In this document: positions 52,900 to 64,000 of the stretch, one piece after another
How the letters are laid out: each line of letters starts with the position of its first letter
How positions within the stretch are numbered: position 1 is the stretch's first letter
Made by a program: the position numbers and the translations under genes
Assembly: GCF_009914755.1 (NCBI RefSeq)
Contig: NC_060932.1
Origin: the human T2T-CHM13v2.0 reference genome, Homo sapiens
Length of the DNA stretch: 64,000 bases
Reading direction: 5' to 3' (one strand)
The notes under the pieces: model-generated
What the model was told of the DNA's origin: nothing
Seen by the model: only the letters and a program-made list of their open reading frames with translations
Databases searched by the model: none

Positions 52900-53479
52900 T
52901 GAGGCAGGAGAGGAATTATACATTCCTTTCTCACCCAGGCCTGGGTCAATTTCACTGGTGACCAAGGCTGTTGTTTCTCGACCTTTTCAATAGCTTTCTG
53001 AGGCTTGGAGTAGCTCGTACCTTGAGGTTCATTTGTCCAGGACCCTACTAGGTCCTCTCCCCTCCCTAAGCACACACAGTAGAGAGAACCTCCCTGGGAA
53101 GCCAGGCACATTTGCATTTCTGCCTGAACTACAGATGAAGGTTTTGTGGGTTATGACTTCGTATGGATCCTTTGAGGTTCCACAGTGCCCTGGGCTGCCC
53201 ACCAGAGGATGCCTCCTGGGAAGCTAGGAGAAAACCTGCGATGGAAGTTATAAGGCCTGAAGGCATTGACTCCCCTGCCATACACCCACCAGGAAGAAAA
53301 GGGGTCCGGATCAGCGGACCTTCAGCAGCTGGAAGGATGTGGACAGAGGGCACTAAAGTGATGGCTGGACTCCTCCGATCCTGAGGGCGTCTAAGGCTCA
53401 GTCTTAGGTCTTCCCTTCTGTAAAAGGATGAGAAAGTCTCTAGGGTTGCTTCTGGCTAAGGGGAAAGGAAACGAGTGTG

Positions 53480-53685
53480 CTCCGAGTGCTCCCACGTGTT
53501 GCCCTGTGCCCTGAACTGCACACAGCCTGTCTTTCTTAGTGAATCACCCCAACAGCCTTGTGGGATAGACACTATCTCCCATCTCCAGCTGAGGAAACTG
53601 GCTCAAAGAGACTCCGTAACTTGTGAAGACAGCGCAGTTAGCAAGCAGCAGCGTCCGGGTTCAGATCTGAAACTCTTTGTCTTTG
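53480..53685 (-). mobile_element. MIR
   Basis: gagtgctcccacgtg...caacagccttgtggg...cagctgaggaaactggctca. Confidence 0.75.
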
Positions 53686-53721
53686 AAGAGGACGGCGCCT
53701 GATTGTGGGATGGCAAATGAC

Positions 53722-53741
53722 CCTTTGCCCCCTGCTGGACT
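53722..53741 (-). promoter_or_regulatory. Candidate CTCF site
   Basis: Minus strand reads GTCCAGCAGGGGGCAAA, matching the CCASYAGRKGGCR core. Confidence 0.55.
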
Positions 53742-54969
53742 GACCTCAGGTGTCCTGTTCAGAGCAGAGGTGACAGAACCTTTGGGGACAGGCCCCAGCA
53801 TCTCCTTGTTGGTACCCTGTCCTGCCCACCACGTTTGGATGCCCTTGGCAGTGGAAGCCCTGCTTGGGGCCGGCCCTGCCTTGCAGTCCTGTGGAGGAGT
53901 AGGGAGTTCCGGGAGAGCCGGAGGGGGAAGGGGCTGGTGGAAACTCCCGAGGCAGCAGGCACCGGGGCTGGGAGTGGGGAGGAGGGACACGGGGGTGGGC
54001 TCCAGGCTTTTCCCCACACTTCCTCAGGGATCGCTTTACATAACCAGGGCTGCTTAGTCACCGCTTTTTACTTTTTTTTTGGAAACAATTTTCTCAGCAT
54101 CACAGCTCCCGTCTCCATCCCTTACTAGTCACCGGTGCTAGGGAAGTCCCTTTTCTCCCGTTCCCTAGGCAACCCAGCACATTTGCCTTTCAAATGATCC
54201 AAGGCCTGGGCGGGGGTAGGAGTTCCCTCCCCCTGTACCCAGGCCTCCCACACAGCCACTCCTGCCTCAGTTGGCTATGTCATGTGGCCCAGCCACCCGA
54301 AGACATCTGGGAAAACCAGACTCCTTGCCTGGCCTCTGCCCCAATCCCAGACCCTCACATGTTTGGTCTTTGAATTTGGCTCAGGCTCAGGGACCCCAGC
54401 TCACGGCTGGAGGTGCCCATGTTGGACTTCGGACATGGCCGCCTGTCCCCCTTCCTCCCTGGGGAAGAGGGGGAGCCAACCAGGCATCTTCTGCAGGTGA
54501 CAGAGCTGGGCCTCTCTCAGCAAGGCCCAGGTAACCCGGGGGGCTGAAGCCACCCACTCTGCCACCGTTCCCCAGGAACAGGACCTGCTGACCTCAGTTC
54601 CCCCTCTTTAATCTCAGCAGCCATGGTGGGTGAGAGGATCTGGGATTCCGTCTTGTTCTTTCAGTCACTCTGTGGCTTTCTCACTATTGCTTGTGTCAGC
54701 CTTGACTGGACAGAGGTGTCCAAGTGCTTGGGAAACTGAGACTTGAGACGGGAATGAGCATGGGTAGGGGAGAGGTCTCTCGGGCTGGGTGCCAGAAACA
54801 CTGGACAGAGACCAGATGGGCCCTAATACACTCCCCTTTAAAAGGCCACAATGTTGATCTTAGTGATACAAGGTGCCTTACCAGTGGGCTTGATAACTAT
54901 GAATTAAGAGCAATCATGTGAGCTATAAAAACAGAGTAGTGCAAACTCACAGAGCACGTGGGAACCTCT

Positions 54970-55075
54970 CCCTCATTCATTCAACACACACTGTCGAGCA
55001 CCTACTCTGTGCTAAGCATGGTTCAAGTCCTTGAGAAACCACCAGATCCAGACCTCTGCCTTTGGGGGCATGAAA
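54970..55075 (-). mobile_element. L2 3' end
   Basis: tcattcattcaaca...gagcacctactctgtgc. Confidence 0.75.
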
Positions 55076-55216
55076 ATACCCGACCCATCCATTAGAGAGT
55101 TTCAGGGAACTGACATTTTTAGAAGGTCAATGGACCACATACAGAGAGAAAAAGTCACATCTGGGCACCAGGGAGTGCTAATTAAGAAAAAAATCGCTTA
55201 GAATGATTTCTTCAAG

Positions 55217-55387
55217 CAAGAGTTCTTAACCCAGGACTCATGAATAGTCTTCGAGGGGTCTGCAAATGACCACAAATTGCAAAATTGTATACCTCTGTAT
55301 ATGTTTGCATGTATATTTCCCTAGGGAGAGCCCGACCACTTTCATCTGATTGGCATCTCTGATCCTCCAGGAGGTTAAGGACCGTTT
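55217..55387 (+). mobile_element. hAT-Charlie MITE (Charlie4z-like)
   Basis: TIR-like gagttcttaacc ... ggttaaggacc; internal tgcaaaattgt and ctttcatctgatt. Confidence 0.7.
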
Positions 55388-56280
55388 TATCAGCAGCTGG
55401 CCCAGGTTTGGAGGCAGCACGTTTTAGGGTATCCTGAGAGTGACAGCCCACATACACATCACACCTGGAGGTTAGTGTCCTCAGTGGTAACTGAGTAACC
55501 AACCTCCCAGGACTCCTGGCGTTTGCTTCTGCCAGAGTCACAGGGAAGACGACTAGCTCCCTCAGCTTTCCTGCCCAGACCCATAATAGGGAACAGCAAT
55601 CCCGGGAGGTTCCAGCTGCCAGCAACTGCAGGTTCCATCTCAGCCAGAGGGTACTGGCCAGGCACCTGCTCCATGCAGAAGCTGCACACCTGGCTGGGTA
55701 GGGCTCCTGAGGTTTGGGTAGGGGTACATGGGCCAGGTCTTGCACTTCCCTGGGAGAGGGTTGGGGCAACCCAGGACTTCTTAGGGCTCTGTCTCCCCCA
55801 TTCCAACCTTTTATTTTGTTTCTATATTTAGATCCTTTCTCAGTCCTTTCTTGAGAATAAGGGAGTGATGCTTAGCAATGTTCTTTGTGTTTTCATTCTG
55901 TGTTCCCTCTGGGGAAGGATGGGCATGGCTGTCTAATGTGGATGGCAGACGTCTATGGATGAACGCCTCCTGGGATTTCTGTGTGACCAGCTTTCTCTTG
56001 CCTTTGGCTTAAGGCTCGACTTCCTCACTGGATGCTTGTGCCTGGAACTGCCCTGTAGGGGTGACGCCCTCCAAAGGCAGTGGCGCAGCTGCTCCTGTGC
56101 GTACCCAGTGGCTTTCTTATGGCGGTGGCCAGGTGCTCAGTGAGAGGCCTGAGGCTCTGGGTGGAACCAGATTCCAGGATTCAGCTAGGATCCAACTAGG
56201 GTCATTGTTTTCAGCGAGATCTCACAGCAGCGACCCTCAAGATGACAGAAATGAATAATGCCTCCCTAACACATGCTGTG

Positions 56281-56549
56281 GTTTTTGGTTTTTGTTTTGT
56301 TTTGTTTTGTTTGAGATGGAGTCTTACTCTGTTACCCAACCTCCCATGCTCAAGTCATCCTCCTGCCCCAGACTCACAAGTAACTGGGACCGCAGACATA
56401 TGCCACCATGCCCAGCTAATGTTTTGTATTTTTGGTAGAGATGGAGTTTTGTCACGTTACTCAGGCTGGTCCTGAGCTCAAGTGATCTCCCCGCCTTGGC
56501 TTCCCAAAGTGCTGGAATTGCAGGAGTGGGCCACCACGCTGGTCTGGCC
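56281..56549 (-). mobile_element. AluJ with (TTTTG)n tail and internal deletion
   Basis: TSD acacatgctgt at 56269-56279 and 56551-56561. Confidence 0.88.
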
Positions 56550-56599
56550 GACACATGCTGTTTTCAAGCACTTCCTGCCCACCAGGAGGGGAAGAGATC

Positions 56600-56790
56600 A
56601 CTGGCTTTGGAGTTATAGCAGGAGGTTGAACCCCAGAGTGGCTCTCATTGACCTTGGGAAGGTCATGCAACCTCTCTGGGCCTCAATGTCCACATACGTA
56701 GGAGGAGCCTGGGGACACCTGACTGCAGGCTGTTGTGGGGATTATGGAGACAGCCCCTGGCCCACAGCAGGTGCCCCATCTTTGTTGGTT
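56600..56790 (+). mobile_element. MIR
   Basis: ctggctttggagt...tgaccttgggaaggtca...aacctctctgggcctca. Confidence 0.75.
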
Positions 56791-57194
56791 TTCTTCTGTC
56801 CCTGTCACCAGCACCCCTGCAACCTGCTACCAAACTGAGTAGATGATGATATGTAAGTGGAGAGGGTGTCAGGGTTGAAGGAAGCTATGAAGGTTTCATG
56901 GAAGAGGTGGGGCTTGCGTAGAACACACAGCACACTCGGAGTGGGGGATGGGGTCAGGAATCAAAGGCAAGAACGAGAACCAGAGAAGGAAGGAAGGGAA
57001 GGGACAGAGTGTGGTTATCTTGCAGTTGCTTTTACAATTTGTCATTGATGCCTTGATTTGAAGGAAACTGAGGCAATGGAGTAGCTGAGACAGGCCTCCT
57101 AGCCTTGAATTCTGGCCCTGCTGCCAGTGACTGGATGTGACCCTGTAGCCAACCTCCCGACCTCCCGTCCCGGGAGATGTGCCAGGCTTGGGTG

Positions 57195-57640
57195 CTGCGA
57201 GCCGGGAGCCTGATTTAGCGCACGCCTTGTTAGGAGAAGCTAATTAACAAACCTGCATTTAAATAAGCAGCCGCCCGGGTGTTTGTAACCACCGCCTTAT
57301 TGAATTGTGACAAGTTATTAGCCCTTGCATGTTAAATGAAACAGAAGCATCCAGGAAAAACCCCTAAATCCAATCTGCATAAAGCAGATTCCTGCTGAGA
57401 AAATGACGGCAGCAAAAACTGATTCACTCGCCGCTTTGGGGAGAACTCCAGGCCTCCCTTCCTTCGAGGTTACATAACCCTCTGTCAACAGCGACATCAG
57501 GAGAAAGGCAGCGAGCCGGAGGGGGGACCGTCAGGAACGCTCTGGGATCCATCTGGGCGTCACCTTTTGCGGGTGCTGGGGACACTGCTTGCGTGAAGGA
57601 ACAGAAACGGGCCACGTGTGCACGGTTTGCGCATGTGAGC
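57195..57640. promoter_or_regulatory. CNE-like enhancer core with CpG-enriched flank
   Basis: tgatttag, ctaattaacaaa, tttaaata, ttattag, catgttaaat; many retained CpGs. Confidence 0.5.
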
Positions 57641-58489
57641 TGTGTCCAGGCCTGCTCCTCAGATCCCAGTGTGTCTAGAACACTTTGCCGCCCACTCTGT
57701 CCCCACTTTTCCCAGGCCTAGATGCTGCTCCCGTGGCAGTGGGACGACAGGGCAGCTCAGCACAGACCCACGGGGGCCCGGCAACTTCTCTCTGCATTTC
57801 CGCAAATGAGGGGAAGCTAGGAGCAAGGTCAGCATGTGGTGCCCTGACAATTCTATTTTGGAGGAAAAAAGCCGTTGGCCCTCAGCTGTCTTCAACCAAG
57901 GATACTAGAACCGGAATCGAGAGCTGCTGTGTCCTCAGTTAAATTCCTGTCCTCCTGGGGCCACCTATGGGAATCTGGCCCAAGTGCCCCTCTGCATTTC
58001 CTGCCGAGTGCCCAGGACAGAACCACGGCCATTTCGAGACCCCAGATGTCCTCCAATGTGTCCTCTCGGAGACGCCCTATCTCTGGAATGGGGTAAGGCT
58101 CTAAAAGGCAAATTGAGGTCGGCGGTCTGGCTTGGGACAGATCCGCCATGTGCTCCCTGGCCACAGATCCTGCTCCTGCTCCCTGAGGGAGGAGGATTGA
58201 GACACAAGCCCAGAGAGGGAGGCAGGGGTGATCCAGGGTGTGAAGGAGTCAGATGGGCTCTGCCACCTGCTAGCAACATGGCCTGGGAAAGTTACAGATC
58301 CTCCCTGAGCCTGAGTCCTCATTCAAAACAGGAGCAACAGCGACCACTCCAGGTCCCCGGAGAGGCCACCTCAGTCTGGCATCGAGAAGCTTGTCAATGA
58401 CTGTGAATAGAGGAGGAAAAGAGCAGACCAACAGGCAAACGTGGAGCTGCATTTTCTGGGCTTTGCTGCTCTTCCTCCTGGAGACAACG

Positions 58490-58705
58490 GGGCTACTCTA
58501 AAGAATGCAGGTTTAAAATCTCAGCTCTGCTCCTTACTACCTTCTGTACCCCTGGATAGGTGGATTCACTTCTTTGAACCACAGCTTTCTCGAACGTCAA
58601 GTAGGGTCAGTGCTTATTTCGCAGTGTTATAGTGGGAATAAAATAAGACAGTGCATGTTTAGAAAGTGCCCAGCATGGAGTAGAAACTGAATACATCCTG
58701 GCTGT
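58490..58705 (+). mobile_element. MIR
   Basis: ggtttaaaatctcagctctgc..cttac ... aaagtgcccagca. Confidence 0.65.
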
Positions 58706-58882
58706 CTTTCCCTTCCTCCTATCCCCTTCATCCGGCTTTTTGTCTCCCAGCAATAGAAACACTAAACCGTTTGTTCTGGAGGGGCTCTGGATTAGTGGTA
58801 CTAAGGAAAGAACGCTCTAATACATTATGTATTCTGGGGCTTGTGTTCCTTGGTTGGGACCTCTGGTAATAGGCTAGGTATA

Positions 58883-59252
<370 letters not shown>

Positions 59253-59444
59253 TAGGGCAGCAGCTTGGGGGAGCAAAAAGGAAGCCATCTCTTTCTCCTC
59301 AGTCCTAACGTCATCAAATCTTCATCTGAGTGATCAAAGGTTGTTCATCAGAGCACACTTCATACAAAGCTCCATGCCAGGGAGTGAGGGATTGTCAATA
59401 TCCAGGGAATCCTATGCAGGAAACAGGGCTGCACCCCCTACCGC

Positions 59445-59743
59445 TTTTTTTTTTTTTTGAGACAGGGTCTTGCTCTTTCACCCAGGCTGAAGTGCAGTGG
59501 TATCATCACGGCTCACTGCAGCATCAACCTCCAAGGCCCAAGTGATCCTCCCACTTCAGCCTCCTGAGTAGGTGGGACCACAGGTGTGTATCACCATTCC
59601 TGGCTTATTAAAAAATTTTTTTTGTAGAGACAGGGTCTCTCTGTGTTGCCCAGGCTGGTCTGGAACTCCTGGGCTCAAGCAGTCTTCCTGCCTCGGCTTC
59701 CCAAGAGTGCTGGGATTACAGGCGTAAGCCACTGTGCCCAGCT
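59445..59743 (-). mobile_element. AluJ
   Basis: gagacagggtcttgctct, atcacggctcactgcagc, ctcctgggctcaagcag. Confidence 0.92.
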
Positions 59744-60229
59744 AAGGGCTGGTCCCTTCTAATGGGGATTCTGATGTTTGGGCAGGAGAGGAGTCTGTAG
59801 GGGTGGGTTCCTCTAGGAACACTATCTTGGAGGGTGGTAGGATTTGCACAGGTGAGGAGAGGGGTCGTATTTTTCTAAAAGAATGAAATATAATGAGTGG
59901 AGTTGAAGAGTTGGGGTCTTCCTTTAGATACACCAGCCAGGTTAGCATAAAGAGTTTGTTCTGGAGAAGAGGTCAGAGGGCAAGAATTACACTGAGTCTT
60001 AAAATCTCAAACTGAGCTAGCCTTGAGAACGTTCCTTCCATAAGGTCTGGAAATTGGCAGAGGCGGGGGAGGGGGATACCAACATTTTGATGGGCGAGTT
60101 TTGTCCCATGGCACCCATACCCTCTCCTTGTAGTCAGAAATGACTTAGTACAGATTCTCAGTTGGCTGGTGATGGCAAAGAGAAAAGAGGAGTTATCCTC
60201 TAAGGCTAATACTTGCTCCTCTTTGCCAC

Positions 60230-60520
60230 TGCTTACGCAGTCAACAAACACTTGTTGGGGGTAAGGCCAATTCAACATGGCCTCTACTCTCAAGTACTTG
60301 AGTCTGGTTGGGGATTCAGAGAAATAAACCACCACTACTACTCCTACGGCTACGACTATGAGTAATTGTGCGACGGTGCTAAGTTCCCTGATGGGGAATG
60401 TGGGAGTTTCCTAGGTGAGAGGGGGCTCAGTTCTGCCCCAAAGAAGCTGGGTCACAGGAGGGCCCTGTGAAGGGTGAAATGTTTCAGCTCAGCCTTAAAA
60501 GAAGATCTGGGCAGATGAAG
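60230..60520 (-). mobile_element. L2 fragment
   Basis: agtcaacaaacacttgttg...ggcctctactctcaag...tcagctcagccttaaaaga. Confidence 0.55.
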
Positions 60521-61149
60521 GGGTCGAGGTGAGGGCTGGGGAAGGGAAGGGTTTACGTTTCGTTGATAACGCGTTGTGGATGGGCCTACAGAGCGTGCAG
60601 GGGGAGGCGTGCAACGGGCCCACAGGCTTGGAGCTCTGGCAGAGGAAAAGTGGGTGTGGCTGGAGGCTTCAGGGATGCACGGGCTCATCCTGGGAACATA
60701 TGAAGGGAAGGGGGATGCTGGGAGAACCAGGAGCAGCAGGCAGGAAGCCAGGTAGAGGGAGGGAACCTGGGAAGGATGTTGAGAAGGACTGGCCAAAAGG
60801 GCAGGTGGCAGTGGGATCCAGGTAGCTGAAAGATGAAGGGGTTTCAAAATGGGAGAGGGCTTCTAACTATCACCGAGAAACCCCTGGGACAAGAACTGCA
60901 TGTTTCCATCAGAAAGTGGCTGCCAGGGGGACAAAGAAGGAGCAGGGAAAGACGAATGAGAAGAGAAGAGGGAGAAATGGCAAGTGCAGCCTGCTCTTAG
61001 GCGGAAGCCGTGTGGCTATGAGGGCCCATGAGAGGTGACGCAGGGAGGGAAGGCCCTAGAAGCCCTGAGTTATGGCAGTGGGGACCGAGGTTGGCAGGCT
61101 GGGGCACAAGCAGGGTCCTGGCGGTGTTCAGAGTCTCACCCATACTGCG

Positions 61150-61270
61150 AGGAGTACCCAGGACAAATACCTACACGTGTCCCATCCTGGGCCTCGGTTT
61201 CCTCATCTGTAAACTGGAGAGGCTGGACCACAGCCTTGCTAGGTCTCTTTTCAACTCTAAAATATGACTG
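61150..61270 (+). mobile_element. MIR3-like fragment
   Basis: ctgggcctcggtttcctcatctgtaaactggagaggctggacca...tcaactctaaaat. Confidence 0.8.
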
Positions 61271-61334
61271 TCCTGATGGTTATTCATATGCTATGAATTC
61301 TAAATTGATACAAGGATTCTACATTGATAGAAAT

Positions 61335-61700
61335 TCTAAATTCTGGATGGCATTTTAGTTAACATGTACCAAAAAGCCTTTGAATATGCAAAACCTTTGA
61401 CCTCTGAGAATTTATTCTCAGAAAGTCACCACAGAGGTGAATGAAGAGTTGTGTATTCACAACTTTGTTCATTGTAGCGTTGGTGATAATATAAAAAAAA
61501 AGCAGATACAACCTAATGTCCAATAGTAGAGGATTGGCTGAGTAAATTATAGTACATCCATATGGTAAACTACTTCTGCACTAAAAATCATGGTTTAGAA
61601 GATTATGTGTTGACATGGGAAAATGTTAATGATATATTGCTAAGTAAGAAAGCAGGCTACATTGCAGAATGTACAGTATGATACATTCATTTTCAAAATT
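61335..61700 (+). mobile_element. Old L1 (L1ME-type) ORF2 end / 3' UTR fragment
   Basis: cctttgacc, tgttcattgtagcgttg, caacctaatgtccaatagtag.ggattgg, gtacatccat, gacatgggaaaatgtt. Confidence 0.8.
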
Positions 61701-61899
61701 TTTGATTAGGACACAGACCAAATCTTTAATTAATGTCATTTTTTTTCTTTTCTTGGCAAGCAAGAAGAGTATTATCTAGAATATTGTAACTAAAAAATGA
61801 AACAGAAAGACAGTTATACACTAAGTGTGTTCACAGGAATTTTTAAGTCATTAGGATGGAGAGTAGGCTGTCAGTGAGTCAAGGAAGCGGAGAAATTCT

Positions 61900-62060
61900 G
61901 AAACTATAGAATTTTAGAAGCGGAAATCACCCCTAGAGATCGTCGGGCCCAACCTCGCTTTTTTTGAGACGAAGAAATTCAAGCTCCTAGGGAAGTCTAG
62001 ACAGTGACTAGTCAGAGATGGGGGTGGGTGCCAGCCTGAAACTAGGGTCGTCCAACCTTC
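61900..62060 (-). mobile_element. MIR3-like fragment
   Basis: tagaattttaga...ctagagatc...ccaacc. Confidence 0.55.
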
Positions 62061-62814
62061 AGTTTATGCTGGTACGTTTGCCACCCCTCAGAGAGACCCC
62101 GCTGATACTTAAGAGGTGACTCTATTCCTAAGCCCCCTGAGGTGGGGCTGTGGGCTCCTCCCTTCCTCCCAGCCTCTGAAGACCTATGCAGCTCAAAGCT
62201 GCTCTAGGCCACAGGAAAGTACCTGGGCCCACTGCAGAGCTCTGGGGCAACGTCTGCAGCAGCATGGGGGTCCTTTGCGAGCTGATCCAGTGCCCCAAAG
62301 GGAAATCAGTCTCTGGGTGGCCCAGAGCTAGGCTTCACTGTCTTCTTAAGAAATGGATGCTCACCTTGTCAAACACTTTTGTGACAGACATGATTCTCCT
62401 TCCTCCAGAAAAAATTCCTCTCCGCCTCCCACTCTGCTAACCCTCCAATGCAAAGACAGCACTTCATTTTTACCGAGTTCAACATCTTCGGGGACAGGTG
62501 CAACGGGCAGATGCCCTGTAGTCCATGTTGATTTGGTAATTCTGTAGCACTCTTTCTGATGCAAGAGAGAGGGTGTTGGGCCTGGCCTTCCAGGATGGGG
62601 AGTCCAATGCCTCTTCTCTGGCCCCATGGCCCGCTGACCCCCATGGCCGCTCCGTCATCCCTCTCCTGGGCCACTGAATAGCCTGCTAGCAGATCTCCCT
62701 GCTCCTCCCCATCAACCCTCTCTAAGTCTCAGCACCAGAGCTGTGGTCTTTATTTCATATGCCTGTTAACTTCCTTTTGTCATCCTTCAACCATTGCATG
62801 GGCTGTTTGATGAT

Positions 62815-63280
62815 TCTTTCCTTCCTTCCTTCCTTCATTCACTCATTTATTTATTCATCACATGTGCAGGCAGAGAGCTAGGTGCAGTTTTGCCCTCAAG
62901 GAGGTCACAGTCCAGAGTGGGGGCAGAGACCCTTAGAACCAATTATCCTCAGGCCATGTGGAAGCACCTCCTGAGGGGGTAGATACAGGGATTCAAGGGA
63001 TGACGAGGGCCCTGATGGCTGAGGTAGACCAGGAAGCCTGCTTACATCGGTGGGATTTGAACCGTGCCTTGGCATACCGGTGGGGGAAGAGGGGCACGGA
63101 AGAGGAAGACATCCCAGACAAGGCCCCTAAGCATGGCAACAGCTTAGCAGGGGCAGAAAACACCAGGGATATCTCGGCCTTGCTGGGGCTGGTTGGGATG
63201 ATGGGATCACGTGGGGTGGAGGGGGAAATAAAAGCTGGGCTGGGGCCTGACCTTGAAGGGTCTTGTGGCTACCTTTGAAG
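62815..63280 (-). mobile_element. L2
   Basis: ttcattcactcatt...tgccctcaaggaggtcacagtcc...caggaagcctgc...ggccctaagcatgg. Confidence 0.7.
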
Positions 63281-63339
63281 GCTCAGTGTTCTAGTTCCGA
63301 ATTTGTACATTTTACAGGCTTCTGGAGAAATGAAGAGTT

Positions 63340-63545
63340 GGCTCCTTTCTCAGCAAACAGACGGGGTTTAATTGCTGTTACTGTCAGTGTAGTTGCAAAT
63401 ATCATATAAAAAGGGCTTTTTGGCTAATTGTTTTTAGAAGAAAAATTCAAGAACTATGTATAGATATTATGCATCCAGGGTACTTTAAAGATCAAACTGT
63501 TTATATTACCCTTAAATACAGTCTTTAGCAGGCGGCACTGGGCTC
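63340..63545. promoter_or_regulatory. AT-rich CNE-like block
   Basis: ttaattg, ctaattg, ctgtca, TCF-like aaagatcaaa; no repeat recognised. Confidence 0.35.
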
Positions 63546-64000
63546 TGTGAGTAACTGGGACACACGATGACCCCCCAGGGCTTAAGATGCTGGAACAATA
63601 TGACAGCAGTTACTTTATTTCTGAGGGGAGGTGGGGGTGGTCAGCCACTACCCTTTGATAGGCCAGAAGACCAGATGAATAGAGATCTAAGCTGGGTAAT
63701 GTTGCTGCACCATTGCCCTAAAGGGCTGCCTCTTCACGCAGGCAACCAACCTCCCCACCCCAGACACACACAGAAAGAACTGGATTCCACGGGCTTCTGG
63801 GGGTGCAAGGGGAAGGGGCTGCCATATCTAGTGGGCTCCTGGAGAAGCTCGGGCTGAGGAGCAGAGAAGGGAGCAGCCTCAGAGCTTCTCATCTTGTCTC
63901 CGGTCCTGCAGTCTTCTTTCCTCACCCGCAAATGGTAGAGAGAGGAGTTTTGAGCCGTACAAATAAAGCAAATTCATATCTGCTCATTGCCATCCTGTCC

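Overview
Primate (human-like) genomic DNA that is GC-rich by eye and non-coding. I find no protein-coding exon, tRNA, rRNA, snoRNA or CRISPR array that I can support. The supplied ORFs come from Alus, microsatellites or the VNTR, or are chance GC-rich frames. I cannot identify the locus. The window holds 20 Alu elements or fragments (16 on the minus strand), many MIR and L2 relics, L1PA and L1M 3' fragments, a Tigger2-type element, hAT-Charlie MITEs, an intact 500-bp ERV1 solo LTR and a two-unit VNTR at 38.3-38.6 kb. Between the repeats are several AT-rich blocks dense in homeodomain sites (about 15.9, 23.5, 34.0-34.8, 45.7, 57.3 and 63.4 kb). These look like developmental enhancers in a gene desert or large intron. 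The most unusual signal is three diverged paralogous non-repeat elements at about 48.2, 50.4 and 51.6 kb, built around GAGG(A/G)ANNCCAATTA(A/G). The same core recurs in the 45.8 kb block, and a mirror arrangement (CAATTAGGAAA, three copies) occurs at 10.4-11.8 kb. Repeat subfamily names come from recalled consensus sequences, and MIR/L2 boundaries are approximate.
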